Positions 50,210-60,189 of a DNA stretch of 64,000 nucleotides are shown piece by piece. This DNA comes from Alphaproteobacteria bacterium (GTDB taxonomy: Bacteria > Pseudomonadota > Alphaproteobacteria > MPNO01). The first letter of the stretch is position 1; every line of letters begins with the position of its first letter. A program made the translations under genes and the position numbers. The stretch is taken from NCBI GenBank assembly GCA_964291675.2, contig OZ219865.1:512001-576000 (forward strand). The letters run 5' to 3'. Under the pieces are notes generated by a model. It searched no databases and was not told where the DNA came from. It worked only from the letters and a program-made list of their open reading frames with translations.

Positions 50210-51403
50210 TCAGGCCGCCGCCCGGTGGCGCGCCAGATCGAAGCGGAGCCACAGGGTGGCGATCAGCGCGATCGCGATAAACGGCAGGGTCACGGTGTTG
50301 ACGATCGCCCATCCCAGGTGATGGATCGAGGCGCCGGAGAGCAGCGCGCCGACGGCGACGCAGCCCCAGATGCAGAAATCGTTGAATCCCTGGACCTTCG
50401 CCATCTCGGAGGGGCGGTAGCATTCGGTCAGCAGGGTGGTGCTGCCGATAAACAGGAAGTTCCACCCCACGCCCAGCAGGACCAGCGCGCTCACGAAGTT
50501 GAAATACTCGATCCCGGCCAGGTTGATCGCCACGCACACCGCCTGGAGCAGCCCGCCGACGATCATGATATTGGTCGTGCCGAAGCGGGCGATCAGATGG
50601 CCGGTGAAGAAGGACGGCAGGAACATGCCGACGATGTGCCACTGGATCACGCTCGCCGACTCGCCGAAGGCGAAGCCGCAATCGGCCATCGCCAGCGGCG
50701 TCACGGTCATCACGAAGGTCATGACCGCATAGGCCGAGACGGCGCCGAGAATCGCCACCATGCACCGGGTCTGGCCGAGGATTTGCGGCAGCGGACGCTG
50801 CTCCCCGCTCTTGTCCGCCGCGCTCATCGGCGGAATGGTGAGGAACGACAGCACCAGCCCCATCGCGAGATAGATCAGCACGATCACGGCAAAGGTGCCG
50901 GCGAAGACCAGCGGGTCGAACAGATCCCTGGTGAACCGCGCCAGGTTGGGGCCGGTGAAGGCGGCCACCACGCCGCCCAGCAGAACCAGCGAGATCGCGC
51001 GGCTGCGCATGTCGGGGCCGGCCGTGTCGGCGGCGGCGAAGCGGAAGAACTGGCCGAAGGAGAGGAACGAGCCGATCAGCGCGACGCCGAGCGCGAACAG
51101 CCAGAACGACGAGACCGCGATCGCCGCCGTGGCGATCGTCGCGCCCACGGCGCCGATCAGCGCGCCGGTCACGAAGCCGAGCCGCCGCCCGACCCGGCGC
51201 ATGTAAAGCGATGCCGGGATCGAGGTCATCATGGTCGCCACGAACTGGAAGGCGACGGGAACGGTGGCCAGCGCCTTGTCCTCGGCCAGCGCGTATCCGA
51301 TGATCGCCCCCGAGGCGATGATCGCCGAGGTGGTGGTCATCATCAGCGCCTGGCAGAGCGCCAGCAGCGCGACGTTTCGATTGATGCCGGAAAGGAACCG
51401 CAC
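50210..51403 (-). CDS. MFS transporter
   Basis: About 12 hydrophobic segments; FRFAAAD, GMFLPSFFTG. Confidence 0.92.
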   Translation of the reverse strand: MRFLSGINRNVALLALCQALMMTTTSAIIASGAIIGYALAEDKALATVPVAFQFVATMMTSIPASLYMRRVGRRLGFVTGALIGAVGATIATAAIAVSSFWLFALGVALIGSFLSFGQFFRFAAADTAGPDMRSRAISLVLLGGVVAAFTGPNLARFTRDLFDPLVFAGTFAVIVLIYLAMGLVLSFLTIPPMSAADKSGEQRPLPQILGQTRCMVAILGAVSAYAVMTFVMTVTPLAMADCGFAFGESASVIQWHIVGMFLPSFFTGHLIARFGTTNIMIVGGLLQAVCVAINLAGIEYFNFVSALVLLGVGWNFLFIGSTTLLTECYRPSEMAKVQGFNDFCIWGCVAVGALLSGASIHHLGWAIVNTVTLPFIAIALIATLWLRFDLARHRAAA

Positions 51404-51454
51404 GGCGGCAAACTAAACCAAGAGGGCGGGAAGGCGAAACGGCGCGGCGGTGCG

Positions 51455-52438
51455 CTAGAAATGCGCGTAGCCGGCCTTGCCGATCTCCATCGGCGCACCC
51501 TCCCGGTCGAGCACCGACACCCCCTCCCCTTCGGTCATCGTGCCGATCCGGGTGACCGGGACGCGGGCCCGCGCCGCGGCTTCGCGGACCGCGTTGCCGC
51601 GATCCGCCGGCGCGGTGAAGACCAGCTCGTAGTCGTCGCCGCCGGTCAGCACATCGGCGATCCCGACCGCGCCCCGGCCGAGCGCCGCCCGCGCCGCACC
51701 CGAAACCGGGACCCGGCCGGCCTCGATCCGTGCGCCGAGGCCGGAGGCGCGGCAGATATGGCCGAGATCGGCGACCAGCCCGTCGGACACGTCGACCGCC
51801 GCCGAGGCCGGCACCGCCATGCCCAGGCGGAGCCTCGGCTCGGGCAGGCGGTAGCGGGCGATGGCGGCGTCGCGGGCGCGCCCGGCAAGGCCCAAATCCG
51901 CGCCCTGCAGGAGGCGCAGGCCGAGAGCGGCGTCGCCGATGGTGCCGGACACGTAGACGTGCTCGCCGGGCGCGGCGTTCGACCGCAGCAGCGCCCGGCC
52001 GGCTTCGACTTCGCCGATCGCGGTGAGCGAGAGAGTCGGTGGGCCGGTCGTCGCGGTGGTGTCGCCGCCCGCCAGCGCGATGGCGAACCGCTCCTGGTCC
52101 GCCGCGAGCCCGCGCGCAAACTCGCGCAGCCAGTCGAGATCGACCGATTCCGGGACGGCGAGGCCGAGCAGGCAGACGCGCGGCCGCGCGCCCATCGCGG
52201 CGAGGTCGGACAGGTTGACGCGCAGCAGCTTCTGCGCGACCTGGAAGGCCGGATCGTCGGCGAGAAAGTGGACACCTTCGACCAGCATGTCGACGCTGGC
52301 CGCCAGAAGGCAACCCGGCGCGGGCTCGATCAGCGCCGCGTCGTCGAGCAGGCCCAACGCCCCCCGCTCGCCGGCGGCGAGCGGCGCGAACACCTCCCGG
52401 ATCAGCGCGAACTCACCGGGAAGCGGCCGCCCGGGCAC
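51455..52438 (-). CDS. thiL: thiamine-phosphate kinase
   Basis: GEFALI, DDAA, VNLSDLAAMGA, DVSDGL, GGDDYEL. Confidence 0.96.
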   Translation of the reverse strand: MPGRPLPGEFALIREVFAPLAAGERGALGLLDDAALIEPAPGCLLAASVDMLVEGVHFLADDPAFQVAQKLLRVNLSDLAAMGARPRVCLLGLAVPESVDLDWLREFARGLAADQERFAIALAGGDTTATTGPPTLSLTAIGEVEAGRALLRSNAAPGEHVYVSGTIGDAALGLRLLQGADLGLAGRARDAAIARYRLPEPRLRLGMAVPASAAVDVSDGLVADLGHICRASGLGARIEAGRVPVSGAARAALGRGAVGIADVLTGGDDYELVFTAPADRGNAVREAAARARVPVTRIGTMTEGEGVSVLDREGAPMEIGKAGYAHF

Positions 52439-52949
52439 CCGTCGCGCCTCCGGATTCGCCGAGCTCCGCGCCGCGCAGAAGCTGTGCCGCGGCATCGAGG
52501 ACCGCGTTGGCCATGCCCTTCTGTGCCGCGGCGAAGAACGCATCGGCGATGTCGACATACTCGGTTATGACGACGCGGGCGGGGACGTCCGGCCGGGCGA
52601 GCAGCTCGAACACCCCGGCCCGCATGATGCAGGCGAGCAGCACCTCGATCCGCCCGAGCGGCCAGGACGGGCTGAGCGCGGCGCGCAGGATGTCGTCGAT
52701 CTCGCCCCGGCGCAGCGCCGTCCCGCGCAGGATCTGGGCGAAGAGCGACGATTTGGGGCGGACCGGGGTCTGGTCCTCGTCCAGCACGCCGCCGCGATGG
52801 AATTCGAGAAACTGGGACAGCACCTCCTCCAGCGGGGCGCCGGCGATCTCCATCTGGTAGAGCGCCTGCACCGCGGCCAAGCGCGCCGCGCTCAGCGGCG
52901 CCGCCGGGTTCGGACGGGGCCGGTCCGCGCCGGCGCGGGGTTCGGACAT
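52413..52949 (-). CDS. nusB: transcription antitermination factor
   Basis: ARLAAVQALYQ, VITEYVDIA, NAVLD. Confidence 0.95.
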   Translation of the reverse strand: MSEPRAGADRPRPNPAAPLSAARLAAVQALYQMEIAGAPLEEVLSQFLEFHRGGVLDEDQTPVRPKSSLFAQILRGTALRRGEIDDILRAALSPSWPLGRIEVLLACIMRAGVFELLARPDVPARVVITEYVDIADAFFAAAQKGMANAVLDAAAQLLRGAELGESGGATGARAAASR

Positions 52950-52954
52950 GTCCG

Positions 52955-53404
52955 CTACAGCCCGAAGCGCGACTTGAGCTCGATCATCGCCAGACAGGCG
53001 CGCGCCGCCGCGCCGCCGCGGTCCGCCTCCTCCCGCCTCGCGCGATGCATCGCCTGATCGCGGTTCTCGCAGGTGAGGATGCCGTAGCCGATGGCGAGCC
53101 CGCGCTCAAGCGCGAGGTCCTGGAGCCCGCGCGCGCTCTCGGTGCAGACATAGTCGTAATGGGTGGTCTGTCCGCGGATGACGCAGCCCAGCGCGATGAA
53201 GCCGTCGAACCGGTGGGCCGGGTCCGGGCCCTCCATCGCCCTTGCGGCATAGCCGATGGTGGCCGGGATCTCGAACGCGCCCGGCACGGCGAAGCGCTCA
53301 TGGGTCGCGCCGGCCGCGTCCAGCACCGCCGTCGCCCCCTCGACGAGGGCATCGGTAATGGCCTCGTAGAACCGCGCCTCGACGATCATCACATGCGCCG
53401 CCAT
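52955..53404 (-). CDS. ribH: 6,7-dimethyl-8-ribityllumazine synthase
   Basis: VPGAFEIP, LGCVIRGQTTHYDYV. Confidence 0.96.
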   Translation of the reverse strand: MAAHVMIVEARFYEAITDALVEGATAVLDAAGATHERFAVPGAFEIPATIGYAARAMEGPDPAHRFDGFIALGCVIRGQTTHYDYVCTESARGLQDLALERGLAIGYGILTCENRDQAMHRARREEADRGGAAARACLAMIELKSRFGL

Positions 53405-53413
53405 CGCCACCCC

Positions 53414-54640
53414 TCAGAACAGGACCGGCTCGATCGGCCGGTGGCCGACGATCCTGATCCCGTAGCCCTCGAGCCCGACCACGGTGCGGTTGTGGTTGGT
53501 CAGCAGGATCATGTCGGTGACCCCGAGGTCGCGCAGGATCTGCGCGCCGACGCCGTAATCGCGCAGCGCCGGGGTCGCGAAGGCGAGCTCGGCGCCGGTG
53601 GTCACGCTGACCTCCATCGAGGCGGCGCCCGGGTCGTCGGGGATCTCGTGGCGCTGACGCACCTGGTTGACGAAGCTCTGGGCGAAGGAATCGCGGATCA
53701 GCACCGCGACCCCGCGCTCCGCCTCGCCGATGGTGCGGATGCAGGACTCGATCACCCCGGCGCGGCCGCCGGTCTCGTCCTGCAGCACGTCGTCGAGCAC
53801 GTTGATCGCGTGCATGCGCACCAGCACCGGCTCCGGCCCGGAAATGTCGCCCTTGATCACCGCCAGATGCTCCGCGCCGGTGATCCGGTTGACATAGACG
53901 ATCAGCCGGAACTCGCCGCCGCGCTTGCGGATCAGGCGCGTCGCCAGCACCCGCTCGACGAGGCTGTCGTGGCGCAGCCGGTAGGCGATCAGATCGGCGA
54001 TCGTCGCCACCTTGAGGCCGTGGAACTGGGCGAACGGGACGAGATCGGGCAGCCGCGCCATGGTGCCGTCGTCCTTCATGATCTCGCAGATCACGCCGGA
54101 CGGGTTGAGCCCGGCGAGCCGGGCGATGTCGACCGAGGCCTCGGTATGGCCGGCGCGTTCCAGCACACCGCCGTCGCAGGCCACCAGCGGGAACACGTGG
54201 CCCGGCGTGACGATGTCCTCCTCGCCCGAGGTGGGGTCGATCGCGACCGCGACGGTGCGCGCCCGGTCGGGGGCGGAGATGCCCGTCGTCACCCCTTCCC
54301 TGGCCTCGATCGAGACCGTGAAGGCGGTCTGGTGCCGGGTGCGGTTGTTGCGCGACATCAGCGGCAGGCCGAGCTTCTCGATCCGCTCGCGGGTCATCGC
54401 CAGGCAGATCAGTCCGCGCCCGTGGGTGGCCATGAAATTGACCACCTCGGGCGTCGCCATCTGCGCGGCGACGACCAGGTCGCCCTCGTTCTCGCGGTCC
54501 TCGTCGTCGACCAGCACCACCACGCGCCCGTTGCGGATGTCGGCGATCACGTCCTCGATCGGCGACAGGAAGCCGGCGGTGTCGTCCAGCGCCGCCTCCC
54601 GGACCTTGGAAGGCGCCACGCGTTTGAGGCCGTCGCTCAA
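53414..54640 (-). CDS. ribB: DHBP synthase with a degenerate RibA-like C-terminal domain (RibBX type)
   Basis: DDEDRENEGD, PGHVFPL, RAGHTEA; the C-terminal domain lacks the GTP cyclohydrolase zinc cysteines. Confidence 0.92.
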   Translation of the reverse strand: MSDGLKRVAPSKVREAALDDTAGFLSPIEDVIADIRNGRVVVLVDDEDRENEGDLVVAAQMATPEVVNFMATHGRGLICLAMTRERIEKLGLPLMSRNNRTRHQTAFTVSIEAREGVTTGISAPDRARTVAVAIDPTSGEEDIVTPGHVFPLVACDGGVLERAGHTEASVDIARLAGLNPSGVICEIMKDDGTMARLPDLVPFAQFHGLKVATIADLIAYRLRHDSLVERVLATRLIRKRGGEFRLIVYVNRITGAEHLAVIKGDISGPEPVLVRMHAINVLDDVLQDETGGRAGVIESCIRTIGEAERGVAVLIRDSFAQSFVNQVRQRHEIPDDPGAASMEVSVTTGAELAFATPALRDYGVGAQILRDLGVTDMILLTNHNRTVVGLEGYGIRIVGHRPIEPVLF

Positions 54641-54653
54641 GGCAGTCCCCCGT

Positions 54654-55241
54654 TCAGCTTCGCGCCAGCAGCCGGTCGACATAGCGGGCGATGGTGTCGA
54701 CCTCGAAATTGACCCGATCGCCCTCGGCCAGGCCGCCGAACGTCGTATGGCGGCGCGTATGGGGGATGATGTTGACCCCAAAGCCCGCGTCGTCAACCTC
54801 GTTGACGGTCAGCGACACCCCGTCGAGCGCGATCGAGCCCTTGGGCGCGATGTAGCGGCCGAACCCGTCCGGCGCGGCAAGGACGAAGCGCGTCGAATCG
54901 CCCTCGGCGCGCGTCCCGATCACCGTCGCCACGCCGTCGACATGGCCCGACACGATATGCCCGCCCAGCTCGTCGCCGATCCTCAGCGCGCGTTCGAAAT
55001 TGACCGGCGTGCCCACCGTCCAGCTCCCCAGCGTGGTCCGCGCCAGGGTCTCGGCCGAGGCCTGGACGGCGAACCTGCCCGGCCCCTTGTCGACCACCGT
55101 CAGGCAGGGGCCCGAACAGGCGATCGAGGCGCCGATCTCGATCTCGGCGGTGTCGTAGCCGGTGTCGAACTCGAACCGCGTGTCGCCGGCCTTCGAAATC
55201 GCGCGCACGCGGCCCAGATCGGTCACGATTCCGGTAAACAT
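54654..55241 (-). CDS. ribE: riboflavin synthase
   Basis: MFTGI, GGHIVSGHVD, KGSIALDGVSLTV. Confidence 0.96.
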   Translation of the reverse strand: MFTGIVTDLGRVRAISKAGDTRFEFDTGYDTAEIEIGASIACSGPCLTVVDKGPGRFAVQASAETLARTTLGSWTVGTPVNFERALRIGDELGGHIVSGHVDGVATVIGTRAEGDSTRFVLAAPDGFGRYIAPKGSIALDGVSLTVNEVDDAGFGVNIIPHTRRHTTFGGLAEGDRVNFEVDTIARYVDRLLARS

Positions 55242-55249
55242 TCGTCAGC

Positions 55250-56341
55250 TCAACCGCCCGGCTTGCGAGCCGGCCGGTAGATCTCCTCGACATCGTCGCC
55301 CACCGGCCGGCTCGCAATCTTCTCGAAGTGCGGCGCGGCGTCAAGCGCGTCGACCCCGAGCCCGGCGACGGCGGGGCGCCCGTCGCCGCCGAAGGCGAGC
55401 GGCGCGCGGTACCAGACCAGCCGGTCGATCAGACCGGCGCCGAGCAGCGCGGCCGCGATCTTGCCGCCGCCCTCGACCAGCACCGAGGTGATCCCCTTGG
55501 CGGCGAGCGCGCCGAGCGCGGCGGCGAGGTCGACATTGCCGTCGGCGTCGGGCGCGACCGGCTCGACCGCCGCGCCGCTGCCGTCATAGGCGCGCGCGCG
55601 ATCGCCGGCGCGCGGCCGGGCCACCATGAACCAGGTCGGCAGGCGGCCCGCGCCGGCCACCAGCTCATGCGAAGCGGGGAGCGGCTCGCGCCCGTCGACG
55701 ACGACCCGTACCGGGCTGAGGCGATCGAGCCCCGGAAGCCGGCAGGTCAGGCTCGGGTCGTCCGCCCGGGCGGTACCGGCGCCGACCAGGATGGCGTCGT
55801 GGCGGGCGCGCAGCATATGGGCCGAGTGCCGCGCCGCCGCGCCGGTGATCCAGCGGCTCTCGCCGGTCCGCGTGGCGATCCGCCCGTCGAGGGTGGTGGC
55901 GAGCTTGAGGGTGACCGCCGGGCGGCCGCGGCGCACCCTGGTCAGGAAGCCGATCAGCCCGTCTTCCGCCTCGTCCGCGCAAAGCCCGGTCTCGACCGCG
56001 ACCCCCGCCGCCGTCAATCGGTCGACGCCCCGCCCGTCGACGCGCGGGTCGGGGTCGCGGCAGGCGACGACGACACGGGCGATGCCGGCCGCGATCAGCG
56101 CATCCGCGCAGGGCGGCGTCCCGCCATGGTGGGCGCAGGGCTCCAGCGTGACATAGGCGGTCGCGCCCCGCGCCGCCGCTCCGCAGCGGGCCAGCGCCTC
56201 CGTCTCGGCATGCGGGCGCCCGCCCGGCGCGGTCCAGCCGCGCCCCAGCGCAACGCGCTCGCCGACGATCACGCAGCCGACCGCCGGGTTGGGCCAGGCA
56301 TTGCCCAGGGCGCGGCGCCCGAGCGCTATCGCGGCGCGCAT
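55250..56341 (-). CDS. ribD: riboflavin deaminase/reductase
   Basis: PNPAVGC, HAE, LEPCAH..TPPC, LVEGG; start may be slightly upstream. Confidence 0.96.
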   Translation of the reverse strand: MRAAIALGRRALGNAWPNPAVGCVIVGERVALGRGWTAPGGRPHAETEALARCGAAARGATAYVTLEPCAHHGGTPPCADALIAAGIARVVVACRDPDPRVDGRGVDRLTAAGVAVETGLCADEAEDGLIGFLTRVRRGRPAVTLKLATTLDGRIATRTGESRWITGAAARHSAHMLRARHDAILVGAGTARADDPSLTCRLPGLDRLSPVRVVVDGREPLPASHELVAGAGRLPTWFMVARPRAGDRARAYDGSGAAVEPVAPDADGNVDLAAALGALAAKGITSVLVEGGGKIAAALLGAGLIDRLVWYRAPLAFGGDGRPAVAGLGVDALDAAPHFEKIASRPVGDDVEEIYRPARKPGG

Positions 56342-56351
56342 GAAGCGCCGG

Positions 56352-56816
56352 TCACTCGCCGCTCTCGACGACACCGAGATTGCCGATGAAGTCTCCGAAG
56401 TCGCGCGCCTCGCGGAAATTCCGATAGACCGACGCGAAACGCACATAGGCCACCTGGTCCAGCGTGGAGAGCGCGTCCATCACCATCTCGCCGATCGTAT
56501 CGGAGGCGATCTCGGTCTCCCCGGAGCTCTCGAGCCGCCGGATGATGCTGTTGATGACCAGCTCCACCCGCTCGGCCTCGACCGGCCGCTTGCGCAGCGC
56601 GATCCTCATCGAGCGTTCGAGCTTCTCGCGATCGAGCGGCTCGCGCGCGCCGTCCTTCTTGATCACCGTCAGCTCGCGCAGCTGGACCCGCTCGAAGGTG
56701 GTGAACCGCTGGCCGCAGGACTGGCAGGACCGCCGCCGGCGAATCGCGGAGCTGTCCTCCGTCGGGCGCGAGTCCCTGACCTGGGTGTCGCCGTGACCGC
56801 AAAAGGGGCAGCGCAT
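56352..56816 (-). CDS. nrdR: transcriptional repressor NrdR
   Basis: [31 protein letters not shown]. Confidence 0.98.
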   Translation of the reverse strand: MRCPFCGHGDTQVRDSRPTEDSSAIRRRRSCQSCGQRFTTFERVQLRELTVIKKDGAREPLDREKLERSMRIALRKRPVEAERVELVINSIIRRLESSGETEIASDTIGEMVMDALSTLDQVAYVRFASVYRNFREARDFGDFIGNLGVVESGE

Positions 56817-56835
56817 CAGCCCATCCTAACCCCGC

Positions 56836-58146
56836 CTATTGACGGGGGTATATCGGAAATCGCTTGCACAAGGCGTGCACGCGTTCGCGTACCGACGCCT
56901 CGATGCTGCCGTTGTCGTTGCTGTCCGAGGCGAGACCGTCGAGCACTTCCAGGATCAGCGTCCCTACCCGCGCGAACTCGGCGGGGCCGAAGCCGCGCGT
57001 GGTCGCCGCCGGCGAGCCGAGCCGGACGCCGGACGTGACGGTCGGCTTCTCCGGGTCGAATGGGACCGCGTTCTTGTTGCAGGTGATCCCGGCGCGCTCC
57101 AGGCTCTGCTCGGCGATCTTGCCGGTCAGACCCTTGGGCCGGAGGTCGACCAGCATCAGATGCGTGTCGGTCCCGCCGGAGACGATGTCGAGCCCGCCAT
57201 CGGCCAGAGTCCTCGCCAGGATGCCGGCATTCTCGACCACCGCGGCGGCGTAGTCCCGGAAGGACGGCCGCAGGGCCTCGCCCAGCGCGACCGCCTTGGC
57301 CGCCACGATGTGCATCAGCGGCCCGCCCTGGGTACCCGGGAAGATCGACGAATTGATCTTCTTGGCGATCGCCTCGTCGTCGGTCAGCACCAGACCGCCG
57401 CGCGGCCCGCGCAGGGTCTTGTGGGTGGTCGTCGCCACGACATGGGCATGGGGCAGCGGGCTGGGGTGGACCCCGCCCGCGACGAGTCCGGCGAAATGGG
57501 CCATGTCGACGAACAGATAGGCGCCGACCTCATCGGCGATCGCCCGGAAGGCGGCGAAGTCGATGATCCGCGGATAGGCCGATCCCCCGGCGACGATGAC
57601 CCTGGGACGGCGCGCCTCCGCGAGCCGGGCGACCTCGGCCATGTCGATCCGGCCGTCCTCGGGACGGACCCCGTACTGCACCGCGTCGAACCACTTGCCC
57701 GACAGGTTGGGCGCCGCACCGTGCGTCAGGTGCCCGCCGGCGGCGAGCGACAGGCCGAGTATGGTGTCGCCGGGCCGGCAGAGGGCGAAGTAGACCGCCG
57801 CGTTGGCCTGGGCGCCGGAATGCGGCTGCACGTTGGCGAACCCGCAGTGGAACAGCGCCTTGGCGCGCTGGATGGCCAGCGATTCGGCGACATCGACGAA
57901 TTCGCAACCGCCGTAATATCGGCGGCCGGGATAGCCTTCGGCGTATTTGTTGGTGAGCACGGAGCCGGCGGCTTCGAGCACCGCGCGCGAGACGATGTTC
58001 TCGGACGCGATGAGCTCGATCTGGTCCTGCTGGCGCGCCAGCTCGGCGCGCAGGGCCGCGTCCACCTCGGGGTCCGACACGCCCACTCCGTGTTCGAAGA
58101 ACCCGGACTCGCGATCTCGCGTCTCGTCGAGCGTTCCTACCGCCAT
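56836..58146 (-). CDS. glyA: serine hydroxymethyltransferase
   Basis: [33 protein letters not shown]. Confidence 0.98.
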   Translation of the reverse strand: MAVGTLDETRDRESGFFEHGVGVSDPEVDAALRAELARQQDQIELIASENIVSRAVLEAAGSVLTNKYAEGYPGRRYYGGCEFVDVAESLAIQRAKALFHCGFANVQPHSGAQANAAVYFALCRPGDTILGLSLAAGGHLTHGAAPNLSGKWFDAVQYGVRPEDGRIDMAEVARLAEARRPRVIVAGGSAYPRIIDFAAFRAIADEVGAYLFVDMAHFAGLVAGGVHPSPLPHAHVVATTTHKTLRGPRGGLVLTDDEAIAKKINSSIFPGTQGGPLMHIVAAKAVALGEALRPSFRDYAAAVVENAGILARTLADGGLDIVSGGTDTHLMLVDLRPKGLTGKIAEQSLERAGITCNKNAVPFDPEKPTVTSGVRLGSPAATTRGFGPAEFARVGTLILEVLDGLASDSNDNGSIEASVRERVHALCKRFPIYPRQ

Positions 58147-58169
58147 GTCATCTCCGCCAAGCGCATCCC

Positions 58170-58616
58170 CTAGGCCATCCCGGCCGCGATCTTGCCGAGG
58201 CGCCGGCCGTGCCGCCCGCCTTCGAACGTGGCGGCGAGAAACGCGTCCAGGCATGCCTCCGCCTCGGTCTGCGACATCCGGCGCCCCGGCAAGACCAGGA
58301 TGTTCGCGTCGTTGTGCCGGCGCGCGAGACGCGCCGCCTCCGCGTCGAAGGCGAGCGCGGCCCGGACCCCGCGATGACGATTCGCGGCGATCGACATGCC
58401 GATCCCGCTACCGCAGATCAGCACGCCGCAATCCGCGCCTCCGTTACGCAGCACGTCGACCACCGCCGCGGCGAAATCCGGATAGTCGACCGCATCCTCG
58501 CTGTCGGTACCGAGATCCGCCGTGGCGATCCCCCTGCGGGAGAGCCAGCCGACGAGATGCGCCTTCAGCGCGAACCCGGCGTGGTCCGCAGCCAAGGCGA
58601 CGGTCATTCGGGTCAT
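58170..58616 (-). CDS. rpiB: ribose-5-phosphate isomerase B
   Basis: [29 protein letters not shown]. Confidence 0.96.
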   Translation of the reverse strand: MTRMTVALAADHAGFALKAHLVGWLSRRGIATADLGTDSEDAVDYPDFAAAVVDVLRNGGADCGVLICGSGIGMSIAANRHRGVRAALAFDAEAARLARRHNDANILVLPGRRMSQTEAEACLDAFLAATFEGGRHGRRLGKIAAGMA

Positions 58617-58975
58617 CGCGGTCCGACTGAAATGCCGAGGTCACCGCCTGATAGCACAGCGCCACGCCGGTTGCCAAGAATCGCGCGGAGGCTCGCCGTT
58701 GGATCGACGAATCCTCAAGCGCCGATCCCCGATCCGACACGCGGTATCGGCAATTCCGCAGTCTTCGCCAAGAGTCGCGAAACCCGGTTAGGTATAATTT
58801 TCTTGATTTCTTGAACAAAAATCTTTTGTACCAAGCCAAATACATGACCGGCTCACAACATGAGCTTGGCCATAAGATTTAGTTTTCTGCGGTTTTCTTT
58901 CGATTTCCTTTGACAATCGACGGGCATCGTGCCATCAGCAAGTCGTTCAACTCTTACGCGAGGCAATCGAGGAAG

Positions 58976-59428
58976 ATGGTGGACAATACCGAATATGCCG
59001 TGGACCGGTCCGAAATGCTCCGCATGGCAGTCCAAATTGTCTCTGCGTATGTCGGCAAGAATCCGGTAGCGGCCGACGAAGTGCCGGATGTCATCAGCAC
59101 GGTCTTCAATGCGCTGCACAGCCTCGATCAGCACGGGGCCCAACAAAGGATCGAGCCGCCGAAGCCGGCCGTCAGCATCCGCCAGTCGATCACGCCGGAC
59201 TTCATCGTCTGCCTGGAGGACGGCAAGAAGCTCAAGATGCTCAAGCGGCATCTGCGGGCCGTCTACGACATGACGCCCGAAGAGTACCGGACCAAGTGGG
59301 GGCTGCCGGCGGACTACCCGATGGTCGCCCCGAACTACGCCGCGAAGCGCTCGGAGTTCGCCAAGCGGATCGGGCTGGGCCGCAAGAAGGGGGAGAGACC
59401 CCGCCAGGCGCATCGCGCCACGGCCTGA
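58976..59428 (+). CDS. mucR: MucR/Ros zinc-finger regulator
   Basis: IVSAYV, IVCLEDGKKLKMLKRHL, YPMVAPNYA; AT-rich upstream region. Confidence 0.96.
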   Translation: MVDNTEYAVDRSEMLRMAVQIVSAYVGKNPVAADEVPDVISTVFNALHSLDQHGAQQRIEPPKPAVSIRQSITPDFIVCLEDGKKLKMLKRHLRAVYDMTPEEYRTKWGLPADYPMVAPNYAAKRSEFAKRIGLGRKKGERPRQAHRATA

Positions 59429-59543
59429 CCGGCTCCTCCGACAGCGGGATCCCGGTCGGAACGAAGCCCGGCGAATTCGCTCCATTTCAGACGATCGCAC
59501 TTCCCACCCTGCCGGTCGCGGAACGCATGGCCCGGCATCGGAT

Positions 59544-60149
59544 TCAGGCCCGGCCGCAATTCCGTATGGCGTCGCTGAGCGCCTCGTAGTCCTCGACCGC
59601 CGCAAAGCCGGGATGGGCCTGCCGGAGCGCGGCCGGAGCGCGGAACAGGATCCCGGCATCGGCCGCCTTCAGCATGGCGATGTCGTTGTGGGAATCGCCG
59701 GCCGCGGTGACGTGGAAGTTCAGCGCGCGGAACGCCTCCACGCTGGCGCGCTTGTGGTCCGGATGCCGCAGCCGGTAGTCGACGATAGCGCCGTCCGGCC
59801 CGACCACCAGCGAATGGCAGAACAGCGCGGCCCCGTCGAGCTGGGCCATCAGGGGGCCGGCGAATTCGCGATAGGTGTCGGACAGGACGATCACCGGGCC
59901 GAGCTCGCGCAGCCAGCGGAGGAATTCGCGCGCACCCGGCAATGGCGCCATGTTCGCCACCACCGCCTCGACGTCGCGCAGCCCGAGGCGGTGTCGTTCC
60001 AGCAGCCGCAGGCGCTGGCGCATCAGGGCGTCGTAGTCGGGGACGTCGCGCGTGGTCGCGCGCAGCGCGTCGATGCCGGTGCGCTCGGCGAGCCCGATCC
60101 AGATTTCCGGGATCAGCACGCCTTCGAGATCGAGACAGAACAGCCGCAC
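59544..60149 (-). CDS. thrH: phosphoserine phosphatase / homoserine phosphotransferase
   Basis: CLDLEGVLIPEIW, ATTRDVPDYD, AGDSHND. Confidence 0.93.
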   Translation of the reverse strand: MRLFCLDLEGVLIPEIWIGLAERTGIDALRATTRDVPDYDALMRQRLRLLERHRLGLRDVEAVVANMAPLPGAREFLRWLRELGPVIVLSDTYREFAGPLMAQLDGAALFCHSLVVGPDGAIVDYRLRHPDHKRASVEAFRALNFHVTAAGDSHNDIAMLKAADAGILFRAPAALRQAHPGFAAVEDYEALSDAIRNCGRA

Positions 60150-60189
60150 GGGGAGCCGCCTCTTCAACCCGCCCGAAGTCCGGTATCGG